Counted from the stretch's first letter, positions 11,335-25,009 are shown. The stretch: DNA of 64,000 nt from Felis catus (GCF_018350175.1 NC_058368.1:234548001-234612000), one strand, 5' to 3'. Numbers and translations: made by a program. Notes: generated from the letters alone by a model not told the origin.

Positions 11335-11640
11335 GCGCTGAAGTCAAATGTTGGTGAAAAAATGGAAACAACTTAGATTTACAATAAGAGGGGACGTGGT
11401 AAGTAAGTTATACCTAATCCACTTGAGGGTGTATTGGGCAGCGATAACACGTGCTATGAGGATTATATAGCAAAATGAAAATACTTGTGATCTACATAAC
11501 AGTTGTAAGCGAGAAAGCAGAATCCAAAATTATATCCACGCTGTAGCTACAACTACGTAAAACTATGCATAGGATAAAAGACACGACGGAGAAAAATAAT
11601 TTTAATGGTAACAATTATGACGTTAGCAGAGGTAGGTATT
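11335..11640 (+). mobile_element. Old L1ME-like 3' fragment
   Basis: aaaatggaaacaacttaga...gagaaagcagaatccaaaattatat motifs. Confidence 0.5.
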
Positions 11641-12027
11641 CTCAACTTCTTGTATCCTGGGTCCTCCAGTCCATGGATCCAAACATTCACGTCGGCGACA
11701 GGAAGGTAGGGGCAGAAGTGAGAGGAAAGACCCGTATGGTCTGTAAACCTCCCTCATTCTTTCATCCCAGAAGATTCTAGAAAGTTCTAGGTCCCCAGAG
11801 AAACAAATGGATACCTACCGAGCCCAGCAATATAGAGAGGTTACCTTTCATTGATATAGTTTTTCTTTTTTTTAATTTGATTTTCAAATATTCTGAAAAG
11901 GACTCTATTGCAGCTATAGTGAAAATAAATGGTCAGCAAATTTAAAAATTAGCTGATTGAAGATTAAGTTTACATTGGGACAGTTGCACTGAGAGCATTT
12001 GGTGAAATAAAATAATCTCTAAGGACA

Positions 12028-12222
12028 GGAGCGCCCAGGTGGCTCAGTCTGTTGAGCGTCTGACTCTTGATTTCGGCTCAGGTCACGATCCCAGTGTCAT
12101 GGGATCGAGCCCCACATCAGGCTCCACACTGCGCGTGGAGCCTGCATAAGTTTCTCTCTCTCCCTCCCTCTGTACTTCATCCCTGCTCTCTCTCTTTTTG
12201 TCTAAGAATTAAAAAAAAAAAA
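12028..12222 (+). mobile_element. Can-SINE (older subfamily)
   Basis: tRNA-like head ggagcgcccaggtggctcagtc, CT-rich tract, A tail. Confidence 0.9.
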
Positions 12223-12779
12223 ACTAAGGAAAACGGGGTGTCTTGCTCCTCTGTCCTCAAGTAGTGATGGGGTGGGGAGGCGGCTGGTTAGGGAATGTCT
12301 GCAGAGAGAGCCTTGCCAATCTACCCTGAAAGGAAGGGGAGGGAGGAAGGGAAGCTGGTTATCATAGTCCTCGATCGTCTGGGAACTGCACTCGACCTGC
12401 CATCGACTCTCCCATGAGCATTGGAATCAACGGTCCTAGAGGCCAGCGGTCTCCAGTCGCAGATTTTATAAAGATGCGGAAGTGGGGTTTGCTCATTTAT
12501 CCTCTGCCTCCGATGACTACATCCCAGTTTTTCTAGTTGGTCCAATTTCTTCAGGAGCTCCAATCTTGTAGTCACCAAGGTTTCAACCAGACCACCTCAA
12601 AGTACCTGCCCCCAACTCATACATGTTATTCATTCTCTCGAGTGAAGCTGTTAAGATTACTATCAAAATTCAAAACAATTTCCTGCCAGACGAATTCACT
12701 CTAAGTCGGCATAGCGGGGACCTCTGATGTCTCCACGTTATGCAACAAGTTATGCCGTTCATTTATTGAGCGTCAAAGC

Positions 12780-12970
12780 TAACACTTTGATGGCACTTGC
12801 CACATCTCAGGTGCCACCCAAGCACTATATACATTCGCTTAATTTTCATTAAGTTGGTACCTCCTAAGTAGGTGCTACAATTATCTTCACTATAGATGAG
12901 TAAGCTGAGGCATAGACGAATGAAGATGTCAGCCCATCTGACGTAACAGCAGAACTGGGGGTTAGAAGGT
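12780..12970. mobile_element. MIR fragment
   Basis: ttcactatagatgagtaagctgaggcatag resembles the MIR core. Confidence 0.55.
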
Positions 12971-15909
12971 GGAGACCAAGGAGGGTTCATCCCGGGGAGG
13001 GGTGAGGAGCCATCCAACCTTCAGAGAGGGCAGCAGCCACTCCTGGGGGGCTTCGGAGCTCAGAATCGATGGCTCCATTTTCATGGTTGTACGTTGGCTG
13101 GAGCAGAAGGGTCCCCCTTGGGATGGTTCAGTGATTTAAGTTGGGGGTCACTCAGGCTCTGTAGCCTCCAAAACAAATTCCTGACCATCCTGGAGACTCT
13201 TCGCGTGACATCTGCACATTCCTTTCTGGTTGATCAACTCTCCTGTTGCTAAGCAAGAACTCTGACTTGCGCGCTTGTATCCGACGGTGACCGCCCTTAC
13301 TTGGGGGTGTGTCCCCACAGAGCACATGTTCCGTGAGCATTCTTTACGATTTGCTGTCCTAGACTCACGGGGCCTCTCTTCAATGACCAACCCAGTCTGC
13401 TGTTTCCCATCCAAACCTAAGTCAGGACGGCAAGTGGGTTTTATGATGTCCTCGCCAACTTGGATCAGTTGGTAGAAGCTGCCAGCAGTGCTGTGGTGAG
13501 GACTCGAGTTGGGCTCAGAGAGCACGGTCATCAATAGAGGTCGTCTGCCGTTAAGTGCCGGGCCGGCGGCATTCCAAGTACCAGGCTGTCAGACTCAACT
13601 ACGAGGGCTCTGGAAGAAAACACCTTGGTTAAACGAATTCATGTGAAATGTTAAGTCACGTATAGTTCCCTAAGAGTATTTATATTTTAAAAGAATATGT
13701 CTTGCATTAGAACACTGGTTGAAGTTGCTGTGACAAAAAGTAATCCAGAGGCTCAAATAAGAAGCTTATTTCTGTTGCATGCAATGGGACGCGGCTTCCT
13801 TGGTGGCTTCAGTTGCTGCCTTTTCCTGGCTCTGGAAGTGACTGTCATTAAAGGTCCTGGAGGTTAGATACACCGCCTTCACGCGTAGCCCACCTTCCAC
13901 CTGACTTCCATGCACTGGAAGGAGACGGGGAGGTCTGAACTCTGGGAGCCACTTCGAAGTCTTGAACCACAGGCACCTTCCTAGTTGGATTTTTAACAGC
14001 TCAGTTTTTGGAGAGTGAAACTGTAGAATGGAGATTTCGGATCACACGTGCCTGCAACCCTCTTGGATCCGACATGGTATCTGTCCCCTTGGCGTGAGCC
14101 GGGCTCGGTTTGGTAGCAGCAGGAAGTGGGGGGTGAGTGTTGAGGACAAACTCTCTCATAAGGCAACTTCCTGGGGCAAGACTATAATGGGTCTTTGGGC
14201 CAAGGGAAGCTGATGTTCTCAACCAGGTGAGGAGACACCACGACTGGCAAGGCGTCCTCAAGACCTGGCGCTTCTCGAAGCTTTCTGAGTCAACCCAATG
14301 GGCAAATTTCAGTGCTCGGGGTGCTCATCACCCCCCAGTCGATGCCCTAACTCTCACATCAGAGGACTGGCAAGGCTGTGGGTTCAAAGTACTAGGTAAT
14401 TCTGCAACTCCCCGAAGAAATTTGGGGATTGATTTTTGGTACCAGTCTTGCGGCCATGAGACTTCCGGTAGCCCTCGAGGGCCATCGTGGAGTGTCCTGC
14501 CCCGCTCTGACTCTTCTCGACCTCAGAGTTCCAGTCCCCGAGCTTGCTGTTTTCCTTGTAGGACCTTTCCCAGGCAGTCAGGCACAGCCGTCCTGCGCCC
14601 CCACCGCGTCTGCGTTCCTGCCCCGATGGCCAAGCGCACACCAGCTTGCTGGCTTCCTTCTCAGTGTGCCCTTCGTCCCAGGCCACGCGGGGTGCGATTA
14701 CAGAACTGTGATCCCGCCTCTCTGCATAGCGACCAGTTTGCCAATTTCCACGGCGTCGAGCCCGTCCCTGTGCTCAAGCCCAAAGCCGCTGATGGTCTGC
14801 CCAGTCTTTGAACCTGCTTCTGGTCCTCAGCCGTGTACTAATCGGGCTTTGATCAGGAACACAGAGCCACACTGTGTGTTTCCATGCAAGAGGGTCAATC
14901 TACACAATCAGTGACAGGGGTGCTGAAGTGTTTGGGAAACAAAAGAAGAAAGGGGGTGCTGAAGGAGCCAAAAGAGACAGGGGGATTACCCTAAGGTGTC
15001 AGCCGCTCGCCTCCTGGAGCAGGAACGCAGGGGCCCCGAGTGAAGCCTCTGCTGGTGCAGAGGCGCCCCCCCCCACCTCGCCCCCAATCAGGGCTCTCAG
15101 TCCACAGCTGCTTGGCCTCTGCTGTCACTGCAGAGGGGTGGGGGGGGGGGGCTAGCGCAACACCCCAACCCCTGGGTTAATTCGGGATCTCCCAACATCA
15201 GGTGGTCTGGCCCAAAGGCGGTAAGTGGGCGCATCACCTGGAGGACCCGTCAGTGCCATCACCGTGCCGATCTCTGCAGGGCTCCTCCTGGGCTGTGCTC
15301 GGCTTCCTGGGCAGGGGAGGGAGGGTCCGAGGGAGGGTTTGTAATTACCAAATGTAAATTCCTCTCCCTGGCCCTTGAAGGAATGCTTGAGTGGTGACAT
15401 GAGCCATGCACTCTTTTCTGAAGAGGAAGCGGCTTCGTGGTGAAGAGATTTCCAGAGATAATAATCTCATTTCTCCCGTCCTTTTCATCTTCGCTCGAGG
15501 CAAAGGCAGTTACTTTCTGGCTGTGTGCACGCGTGAGATGGCAGCTGGTGTTGCGTGTCAAGGTGGCGTCTCTATTCAATGTTACCTTAAATATTAGGTC
15601 TAAATATAGGTCCGAATATAGTATTCTCAGAAAGGAAAGTCAGTGCTGTTTCCTGGCACAGCTGAGGGGTGGGGAGTGAAATATTATAATTAGCTGAAAC
15701 GGAGAACATGTATTATATTTACCTTATGCGTTTTCGAAGCAATAGGATGTAATGGGATCTTTTGAACCTCTTTACTGTTTATCTTACCGGCGGTGTGAGA
15801 CAGCAAGTAAATGTCTTCTTGCCTCCTGTCAGCTTTAAAAAATACGATTAAAAATAAACCTTGCATGTTTCATGCTCAAAAATAGCCTCTTATTTTGAAA
15901 ATTATTTTA

Positions 15910-16138
15910 TTTTATTTTTTATTTTTTTTTTAATGTTTTTATTTATTTTTGAAGGAGAGAGAGAGACAGAGCATGAGCGGGGGAGGAACAGAGAGAGAGG
16001 GAGACACAGAATCCGAAGGAGGTTCCAGGCTCCGAGCTGTCAGCACAGAGCCTGATGCAGGGCTCGAACTCACGGACCGTGAGATCATGACCTGAGCCAA
16101 AGTCAGACGATTAACCAACTGAGCCACCCAGGCGCCCC
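15910..16138 (-). mobile_element. Can-SINE (SINEC_Fc)
   Basis: Reverse-complement head ending gagccacccaggcgcccc. TSD tgaaaattatttta at 15896-15909 and 16139-16152. Confidence 0.93.
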
Positions 16139-16536
16139 TGAAAATTATTTTAAATGGAAGATTGATTTACATACAGTGAAGGGCACGGATCTTAACTGCA
16201 CAACTCGGCAGGTTTTGAAAAACGTGTGCACCTGTGTAACTTACACGCCAGTCAAGACATGGAATCATTCCATCCCTCCGGAAAGTTCCTTTCTGGTCAA
16301 GTCCACCCCACCCCTCCACCAGAGGCACCCTCTCTTGTGCTTGTTTTTTTTTTTTTAATCACCATAAAGCAGTTTTACTTGCTTTTGAACTTCACGTAAA
16401 TGGAATTATACAGTATGCAGCCTTTATATCTGGCTTCTGTCAATCAACGTAAAATCAATATATGATCTCATGGTGAGATTCGTCCATGTGGTGTGTGTGT
16501 GTTGGTAGTCTGTTGGGGTTTTTTTTTCCCAGATTC

Positions 16537-17076
16537 TTTTTTTTTTTTTTTAATTTACATCCAAGTTAGGTAGCATCTAGTGCCACAATGATTTCAGGAG
16601 TAGATTCCTTCCTGCCCCTTCCCCTTTTAGCCCATCCCCCCTCCCACAACCCCTCCAGGAACCCTCTGTTTGCTTTCCATATTGAAGAGTCTCTTATGTT
16701 CTGTCCCCCTCCCTGTTTTTATATTATTTCTGCTTCCTTTCCCTTGTGTTCATCTGTTCTGTGTCTTACAGACCTCATGTGAGTGAAGTCATACGATATT
16801 TGTCTTTCTCTGACTAATCTCACTTAGCATAATACCCTCTAGTTGCATCCACGGGGTTACAAATGGCAAGATCTCATTCTTTTTGATTGCTGAGTAATAC
16901 TCCATTGTATATATATTCCACATCTTCTTTATCCATTCATCCATCGGTGAACATCTGGGCTCTTTCCATAATTTGGTATTGTTGATGGTGCTGCTATAAA
17001 CATGGGGGTGCATGTGCCCCTTCGAAACAGCACACTCGTATCCCTTGGATAAATACCTAGTAGTGCCATTGCTGGG
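16537..17076 (-). mobile_element. Carnivore/feline L1, 5'-truncated (ORF2 C-terminus remnant + 3' UTR + polyA)
   Basis: Minus-strand translation KLWKEPRCSPMDEWIKKMWNIYTMEYYSAIKKNEILPF...LEGIMLSEISQ is the L1 ORF2 C-terminus. Poly-T at 16537-16551. gttggtagtct is duplicated at 16501-16511 and 17077-17087. Confidence 0.92.
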
Positions 17077-17138
17077 GTTGGTAGTCTCTTTTTATTGGTG
17101 GGTAGTGAGAGTTTGTTTTATTGATACTCATTGTGTGA

Positions 17139-17370
17139 GGGGCGCCTGGGTGGCTCAGTCGTTAAGCGTCCAACTTCAGCCAGGTCATGATCTCGCGGTC
17201 CGTGAGTTCGAGCCCCGCGTCGGGCTCTGGGCTGATGGCTCAGAGCCTGGAGCCTGCTTCCAATTCTGCGTCTCCCTCTCTCTCTGCCCCTCGCCCGTTC
17301 ATGCTCTGTCTCTCTCTGTCTCAAAAATAAATAAAACGTTAAAATAAAAAAAAAATGTTAAAAGAAAAAA
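17139..17370 (+). mobile_element. Feline Can-SINE (young subfamily)
   Basis: Same diagnostic acttcagccaggtca head as the 4151 copy. Perfect 16-bp TSD gatactcattgtgtga at 17123-17138 and 17371-17386. Confidence 0.95.
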
Positions 17371-20300
17371 GATACTCATTGTGTGAATATACCACAGTCT
17401 GTCTGTCTGTCTTCCTGCAGAATGACATTTCGGTTGTTTCCAGGTTTGAGTATGGTGCGTATAGCTTCCAAGCACACTCACGTACACGTCTTTTGGGGCA
17501 CGTATTTTCACTTCTTCCCGGACTATGACAAGAATGGAATGGCCGCGTCAAAGGCTAGGCATGTGTTTAACTTCACAAGAATCCTCTGAACGTTTTCCCA
17601 AGATGACTGTACCACTTAACGCTCCCGCCTGTGTAACTGCCAGAAAACAAGAAAGAGGCTCATCTGTGGACGTGACATTTAGGGGAGCCCTTGAAAGACG
17701 GATTGGAGCAGATTGTGGGAGAAAATAGAACAGAGAATCCACAGCACAGAAACCCTTCCACCAAGGCCGGAGCTGTTTCTGAGTGAGCGGAGACACAGGA
17801 CAGGAAGCGGATTCTGGTAGTCACCAAGCTGATCCTGGCTGTGTCACCAGCAGGCGACGTTGGAAGATGTGTGCAAATGTAGGACAAAGTGTGGATATAG
17901 CTAGAGACCCCATGACTGGTGGGAAACTGCTCACTTGGACGACCAGGACCAGTTCACTCCTTCTGGAGGTTACTCCTCACCCTCAGTCATGGCAGACAAG
18001 AAATGCAGAATCAGCCTCCCCCAGGACTTGGGCAGGAATTCCTGAGCAGACGCAGATTCACAGTGAATAGAACACCACCAAAGGTTTGAGAGAAAGCAAC
18101 CCTAAACAAAGAACGGACATCTGAAGCAATGCTCAAAGAGCAAACCCGGAGATTTTAATATATGCAACGAGTATCCTCAAAAGCAGTGTGAGATAAAATT
18201 TAGTGTGCTCTCTTTCAGTGGGTAGTCTTTCTGAATGCACTCTTGCTCAATGACTGGTATGTGTGCGGGCGAATTAATCCAGGAATGAGTATTTAAAGAG
18301 AAAAGCCTGTGTCCGGATCACAGCAATCCCCACAGGTGACGCTGCCTCACCGGAAACGTATTTTTGCAGCTTTCCTTGTATAGAAACCCAGGCCCTAGGG
18401 GCAGGGAGGGGTGAGGGTCCCCCTTGAGATGCCATTTAATGGTTGTTGTCATAATGATACATGCCCCCCCTCCCCCCACTGTCCGTTGTATTTGCTTTTT
18501 AAAAGCAAGGGGATTGATTCTCAATGGGGTTCCATGGGCGGCCAGCTTCTGAGAGCCCTCACCTTGCTTGGAGGGGTGTGACTTCACAAACTGTCACCTG
18601 ATTCCACCACACTGGAACTCGTTGTTGCTGGAATGCATTGTCGCTATTGCTGTTGAACAGCCAAGACCAAGGCAAGGCCACGGCATCACCGGGCTCAGAT
18701 CTGCTCCCGGAATCCCTGGCAGGTTTAGGGGAATGGTTGTATCTGTAGTGTGTGACAAGACACATCTGTAGCCGGTGACAGACACATCAGCTGACTGACG
18801 GCCCTGGCAGGGAAGTCTTTCCACCTCGGGGAAAGGGCTGAGGGTGGAGAGCAACACACTAGGTTCTAACTTAATTCAGACCAAGTGTGAACGAGGGACA
18901 AAGAGACGGGAAAAGCCAGCGTCCAGTGTCAGGGCGGCTTTGGTGGAAGACAAGAGGCTGTGACTAAGGCATATGGCGATTGCTGTCCCATCGTGATTCT
19001 AGAATCCTGATCCCACTACGATCCCATAGTATCCCAAAGTGCAAGACTGTTTTTAGCCGGATGAAAGCAAGACATCCGGGGGGATGGTGCTGGTGGTTCA
19101 AGACTTCGTACATTTATTTCGGGAGCAAATGATAATTTTGGATTTCTGCTGCTGACTCTGAGCTGCCTCTACGCGGCTAAACCCGTGTTTGGATTTCCTT
19201 TTGTCCTTCATCTTGTTAAAAATGGAAATTTTAATTATAAACATTTCTGCAGGAAATGCATGTGTTTTGGACACAGGGGATACGTGGGTGGGCTGTAACG
19301 TAGCCGGGCACACTGACAGACAAATCTATAGGAATCCGTTAGAAGCAGGTGGACCCTGTTAAGAAATGTCTACAATGTCCCATGTTCGTGTTTGGAAGGA
19401 GGGTGGTGGATTTTGGCGCATGATGATCTTAGGACGACCCTGTTCTCTTCGCCTCAGACTAAACCAGCTCCTGAGTCAACAGACAAGGCAAGACCAGCCC
19501 GTTCGGTGTTCTGGGGACAGGCGAGCGAGCAAGCCCAAGTAGCCGGGCTTTTCCGCGTGAGCGTGGGCGCCGCGTCTAAGTGGCCTTCCATGCCTTCCAA
19601 CGCCTTTGGTTTGGGCCTGGATGGCTCCGGGACAGCTAACCCTTCGTGCCCAGAGGGTGGGTGACCGGTGAGGGTACACCCAGATGGAATTGGCATTTAA
19701 CTCTGGAAGCGTTAAAGGCTTACCAAATAGCGCTTGCCCTCGGTGCAAGCCCTACGTGCATCTGGTCTAATCCAGTCTCTCTTTTTCATTTTTCAGCAAA
19801 TGCTAAATTGACTTCACTTCTATCTAATCAGCTTTGACCTACAGCGTTAAAATTCTGCCCTACATCGTCCTCCGCTAACGAAAGGCAACCCCCACTCTCC
19901 ACCACAATATTTGTCTCCACGGAACGTTTCATTGGCAGGAAAGCATTATTTTGGGCTATGGCGGGGGCCCTCGATGTGAAGCCATCTTTTAAAGAAAGGG
20001 AATGACCCTGGAAGTCCTTGGGCGTAACCAATACTTGGCTATCCCGAAGATGGCTGGAAGTCTCCCCTGCCTCCCTGCCTCCTCCTGGGACGAGGCCGAG
20101 CCTGGAGGCCACCTCCTTCCCAACCTGCCTGGCTTGCCTATGGGCAGAAGAGCCGAAACAATCACTGCTGCCCTCTGCGTTCACAGGTGGCGGCGGGCAG
20201 AGACCTATACCCCCTCCCTCCGAAGCCATCGCTCTGCAATCTCATCATTTCTGAGACTATATCCTTTTCTCCTAGCGCTGCTTTTTCATTAAGCGCTAAT

Positions 20301-21174
20301 ATGTTTCTCGAAAAGAGATTTTAGTCAGAGTTAGCCTCTGCAGAATAAAAAATTAGGCAATTTAAGAAGATAGATATTACTTCCCCCAAACAGATAACTT
20401 AAACAGATAAGCCACGAGTTGTACACATATATATGTATTATTTTAAAAAGCAATTACCATCTGCCTGATAGAGAAGAATAACTCTGTTGGAATGGAGGCT
20501 TATTGTGTTGCTTTATAATTAGGATGCCTCTGAACAGAATAATACCCTGATCAGAATTCATGAAGGACGCCGTCTAATATTTCCCTTTTGTTTTCAAACT
20601 CATTATGTAAACAACATTGTGGTTTGGGGACAGAAGAATGTAGAATGTTGTCTTGAAGGGCAGGGCATTTCTGTGACTATACTTGTATTTTCTGAGGAAG
20701 CGCTCAAGCTGAGGTGCGGACCCTGTTCCACGGGTATCATTTTATTCACATCAGATGTACGTAGTGAACTGCCTGCCTCGTCCGACGACCACGGGGCCAG
20801 TCCTGGGCTAACGAAGAGGCAGGCGGGGGCCAGCCCTGGTGTCCACCTGTGGCCCCCAGCGCCCCCGCCCTCCTGCAGAATTCCTCTACGTACTCACCTT
20901 CGTCCGTCTCCCCATCACCCCCTGCTCCTCTCTAACTCACCCCCCACTGCCCACTTATGTTCTCTATGCTGAAAATGATCTCCCCTTCACCCCGAGGGGC
21001 TCACTCCTCCCTGAGATGCCCTTAGCTCCCCTTCCTCAGTTACCTGTGGCCCCGCAGGAGTGCTAGTTATTTGAATTATTCAGCCACGTGTACGTGAGTG
21101 TGGGTCGGAGGAGAGCGAAGGCCATGTCCCTCCTCACCCCGAGACACACGTTCACAGATTTCCCCTGTACTTGG

Positions 21175-21535
21175 ATAAATAAACCGTGTCCTCCCCTCCC
21201 CAATTCACAGGTTGAAGTGCTAACGAACCCCCAGGACCTCAGAAGGTGACTGTATTTGGAGCTGGGGCCTTTATAGAGGGAATTAAGGTAAAGTGAGGTC
21301 ATTCGGGTGGGTCCTCATCCAGCACAAGGGTGCCCTTACCAGAAGCGGAGATTAGGACTCAGACCCCACCCACCGAGGGAAGACCCCGGGAAGACAAAAG
21401 AGAAGATGACGGCCGTCTACAAGCCGAAGAGAGAAACCTCAGAAGAAATCAACCTTGCTGACATCTCCATCTTGGACTTCTATCCTCCGGAACTGTGAGA
21501 AGATGGCACTTTGTTAGGGCAGGTCTAGTGAACCA
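21175..21535 (+). mobile_element. MaLR LTR (MLT1B-like)
   Basis: gacctcagaaggtgactgtatttggag...aattaaggtaaagtgaggtcatt...cttggacttctatcctccggaactgtgagaa. Confidence 0.8.
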
Positions 21536-23133
21536 GCACAGCCTGCTGAAGGAGCCCACCCGGATGAGCCCGCGTCTGTGCGGTGCACGGGGAGGCATCG
21601 TTGCGTACGGGTCCCTTGTCTGGTCTGCATGGCTCTGCCTTCAACTTTCCACCTTCGTCTCCGGCCAGTTTGGGAAGCGCTGTGTCGTCAAGGCTTGCTT
21701 TTCAGCCGGCTAGAGCACAGACTGGAGCTGTCCTTAAAACACGATCATGCACAGCGAGTAGGTGCCCAGCGGCCTTTGAGACGTGTGCATATGGAGTGAT
21801 TTCCTGGCCACTCATTCTGCGCTCTATCTCAGGATCCCTCAGGCAGACACACGCTCGCACACACGCACTTAACCTCCACCCCCAGAGGGCTCGCTTGCTG
21901 TTTGTTCTGCTGGTACCACGGGTAACTTCCCCTTCGCTTGTCCCACCCAGGACGTGGTGCTGGAGTTCTGGGTGAGACCCCAGGTGGGACCTGGGACAGA
22001 AGGGGCAGGAGAGGGGAGCCGAGTCCTTCATCGCTCTGTTTGAAAGCACATCATTTTAATAGGTGGATTTGCTTATTCTTTTCTCCAACTGGGTTAAGAA
22101 CTGCCCGGGAGCGGGGACCCCACCTCTTCTATAGCCCTCAACACCCAGCAGAGCACCTGGAACCACAGCGGCTCACGAAGGACCTCGGGATTGTGCTGGG
22201 AGAGGCTGTGTCCTTAGTGGAAAGTGTGAGGGGCAGAGACCTTCCTTCCCCTCCCTTCCCTGCCCTTCCCTCCACGCCCCTCCTTTGCCCTCCCTCCCTT
22301 CTCTCCCGAATACAGGCAATGCATCCAGTGAGATAAAAGAATTTTTGTTTCTCCCTTGTCCCTTCACACTGCTGTTGAGAGGTGCAAGGGCCAGGCCCTG
22401 AGGGCTCTGTCAGGGAAGGAAGTGGGGAGGACGTGGCCCAGCTGAGCCTGCGGGCACCTGTCAGGGTGGACAGGCTGGCATGTATGGGGCTCCTTGCTGG
22501 ATGAGCACCGGAGACACATCTAGTCCAACCCCCGATTTCAGAGACAGCCTCCTAAATGGCAAGGCCTCTTGGAAAGGCTTTGGAGGTGGGAACAAAAGCC
22601 ATCCGGTGGGCCTCTGGTTAGCTGCACACCCCCCCCCACCGTCCCCCCGCCCGGCCGTCCTCCCCCCCCCCCCCCCCCGCCCCGGCTTCCACACATCTCC
22701 GCAGACCCTCCAGCCTGGGAACCTCTCCAAGCCAATGCAGAAGGAAAGGAGGAGCCAGCGCTGGCACGCGACCAGAGGGGGCTATTTTTAAAAGTAATAC
22801 ACAAAAGCTGTGCCTGTGACATAGAACTAGTCCGCGTGCAAAGCGGAAAATGTGACCCGTCTCCTGACGATACGCGGACGTCACGAAGTCTGAGGTCAGG
22901 AAGACGCATGAAAGCTACTTATTTAAAGGTCGAAGATCTGCCGAATTTTGTAAAAGAGCAAAATTTAAAAATATTCAGATTTGGAACTAGTATTAATAAA
23001 TCCAGACTTGAAACTTGTGTTAAAATAGAAATACAGGAGTGGAGAAATCTGGAACCTATGCCTGAATACATTATCCCATCTTCAAGGAGATTTCCCTGAA
23101 CTGGTGGTTGAGGTGTGTGGATGTGTCCTTAAA

Positions 23134-23347
23134 TTTTTTTTTTATATTCTATTTATTTTTGGTAGAGAGAGACAGAGCACAAGTGGGGGGGGGGGCGGGC
23201 AGAGAGAGAAGGAGACACAGAATCCGAAACAGGCTCCAGGCTCCAGGCTGTGAGCACAGAACCCGATGTGGGGCTCGAACTCACAAACTGAGATCCTGAC
23301 CTGAGCCGAAGTCGGACACTCAACCGACTGAGCCACCCAGGCGCCCC
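23134..23347 (-). mobile_element. Can-SINE (SINEC_Fc)
   Basis: Poly-T, (GA)n, gagacacagaatccgaaacaggctccaggctc ... gagccacccaggcgcccc. Confidence 0.92.
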
Positions 23348-23443
23348 ATTTTTTTAAATAGGTGTGTTGATGTGTTCTTAATGTAACCACCCAAAGTCCT
23401 GTCCCTTCCTGGGCTGGCTTCATCTACTATGGGTTCAATCCAT

Positions 23444-23597
23444 CCCCCTCCCCCCTCTCTCCTTCTCCCTCCCCTCTCTCCTTCTCCCTCTCCTTCCTTC
23501 CTTCCCCCCTCCTTCCCCCACCCCTTCCTATCTCCCCCCCTTGCCCCTACCCTCTCTTGCCTCCCTTCCTCCCTCCTTCCTCTCTTTCTTTCTCTTA
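23444..23597. repeat. Polypyrimidine low-complexity tract
   Basis: About 150 nt almost purely C/T. Confidence 0.9.
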
Positions 23598-23789
23598 GCT
23601 AAGAACATCTAAATTTACAAATTGTAATTTTGACCCATTCGGTTGAATTTTGTCTTTGACCGGAGCAACAAGGATTTCAGATTAATTTGACAAGTGATTA
23701 TTGAGCGATTATTGAGCAAGAGACACAGGATTAGGCCTAGTCTTAAGGTTGTTTCTAGAAAGATAGTACTCTCCTTTCTTTTTAAAATA

Positions 23790-24000
23790 ATTTTTTTAAT
23801 GCTTATTTATCTTTGAGAGAGAAAGAGACAGAGCACAAGCAGGAGAGGGGCAGAGACAGAGGGAGACACAGAATCCGAAGCAGGCTCCAGGCTCTGAGCT
23901 GTCAGCCCAGAGCCCGACGCGGGGCTCGAACCCACAAACCGTGAGATCATGACCTGGGCCAAAGTCAGAAGTTTAACTGACTAAGCCACCCAGGTGCCCC
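23790..24000 (-). mobile_element. Can-SINE (SINEC_Fc)
   Basis: Same diagnostic body, ends aagccacccaggtgcccc. Confidence 0.92.
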
Positions 24001-24051
24001 AGGACTGTCCTTTCTAATGTCAGTTTCAGAAACCACCAACAGCCTGCTTTC

Positions 24052-24125
24052 CCATGAGGGCGCTTGTTGAGGCGAGCACTGGGTGTTATATAAGCTTATT
24101 TGACAATAAATTATATTAACAAAAA
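24052..24125 (+). mobile_element. Very short carnivore L1 3' end
   Basis: gagggcgcttgttgaggcgagcactgggtgttatat...atttgacaataaatt resembles the carnivore L1 3' terminus. Confidence 0.6.
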
Positions 24126-24609
24126 GAATGCCATTAATAACGTTATGAATGCATTTGTACAGCATCTTCTGGAGCTATATTTACTCTTAGCTTGTACTAA
24201 ATTTTGTGAGTATTGCATTCTGTATATTTACTTCCGACCGTGTGAGGCCATCCCTCCTTTCGGCCTTAAACTTGCATCTTTCATGCTTTGGGAAGGCCTT
24301 TTGGTTTGATAAGCAGAAGTGTTTTGGTGGGTCGTCTGTTGGGTTGGATCTATGGGCACCATCATAATTTAGGGCACATTATTTAACTTCTGTGAAACTT
24401 AACTTTCCTCTTCAATAGAATCAGGGCAGCTCCCTGCCCCCCAGTGACTGCCATGGGTATTAGATGTAACAAATTTTCCCAAACGGCTGGCACGTATCAG
24501 GCACACAGTAAGTATCTGTGACCCTCCCGGAGTGATCCGAAGGACATTGGTAATGCTTCCCGTTAGCTTTATTTTCATTTCGGGTGTCTCAGGCGTCATT
24601 GATTCAACC

Positions 24610-24803
24610 CAGGGTTTTTCAACTGTGATACGATTAACTTTCTGGGGCAAATCACTCTTCGTCAGGGGGCCATCCTGTGCGTTCTGGGGAGTCGAGCGGC
24701 ATCCCTGGCCTCTGCCCACCAGCTGCTAGGGGCATCCTCATGACTTGGTTGTGGGAATGAGAAAGGTCTCTGGATGTTGCCAGATGTCCCCTGGGGGCAA
24801 AAG
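24610..24803. mobile_element. MER20-like hAT DNA transposon
   Basis: cagggtttttcaac...gcggcatccctggcctctgcccaccag...gttgccagatgtcccctgggggcaaaa. Confidence 0.75.
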
Positions 24804-25009
24804 CTTCTATATTAAAGCTGCTATATTGAAATATAGCATTTGATTCAAGATAGAGGCCTGTATATCAATAAATCCCTCCCTCCATCCATGCATTCGTCTG
24901 TCTGTCAAGGACCTTTAGGGGCAAGCTATCTAAAAAGGCAAAAGGCTAATTGTGTCTTAGTCAGGTTCAGAGAGATTTTAGGGTCTCCAATATAATATAC
25001 TTAAAAAAA

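Larger units (their letters stand above)
16140..17630 (-). mobile_element. Old L1M-class LINE 3' fragment acting as host for younger insertions
   Basis: Degenerate L1M 3' UTR motifs (ttacatacagtgaagggcacggatcttaa..., aatggaattatacagtatg..., gttgtttccaggttt...) continue on both sides of the nested L1 and SINE. Confidence 0.65.
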
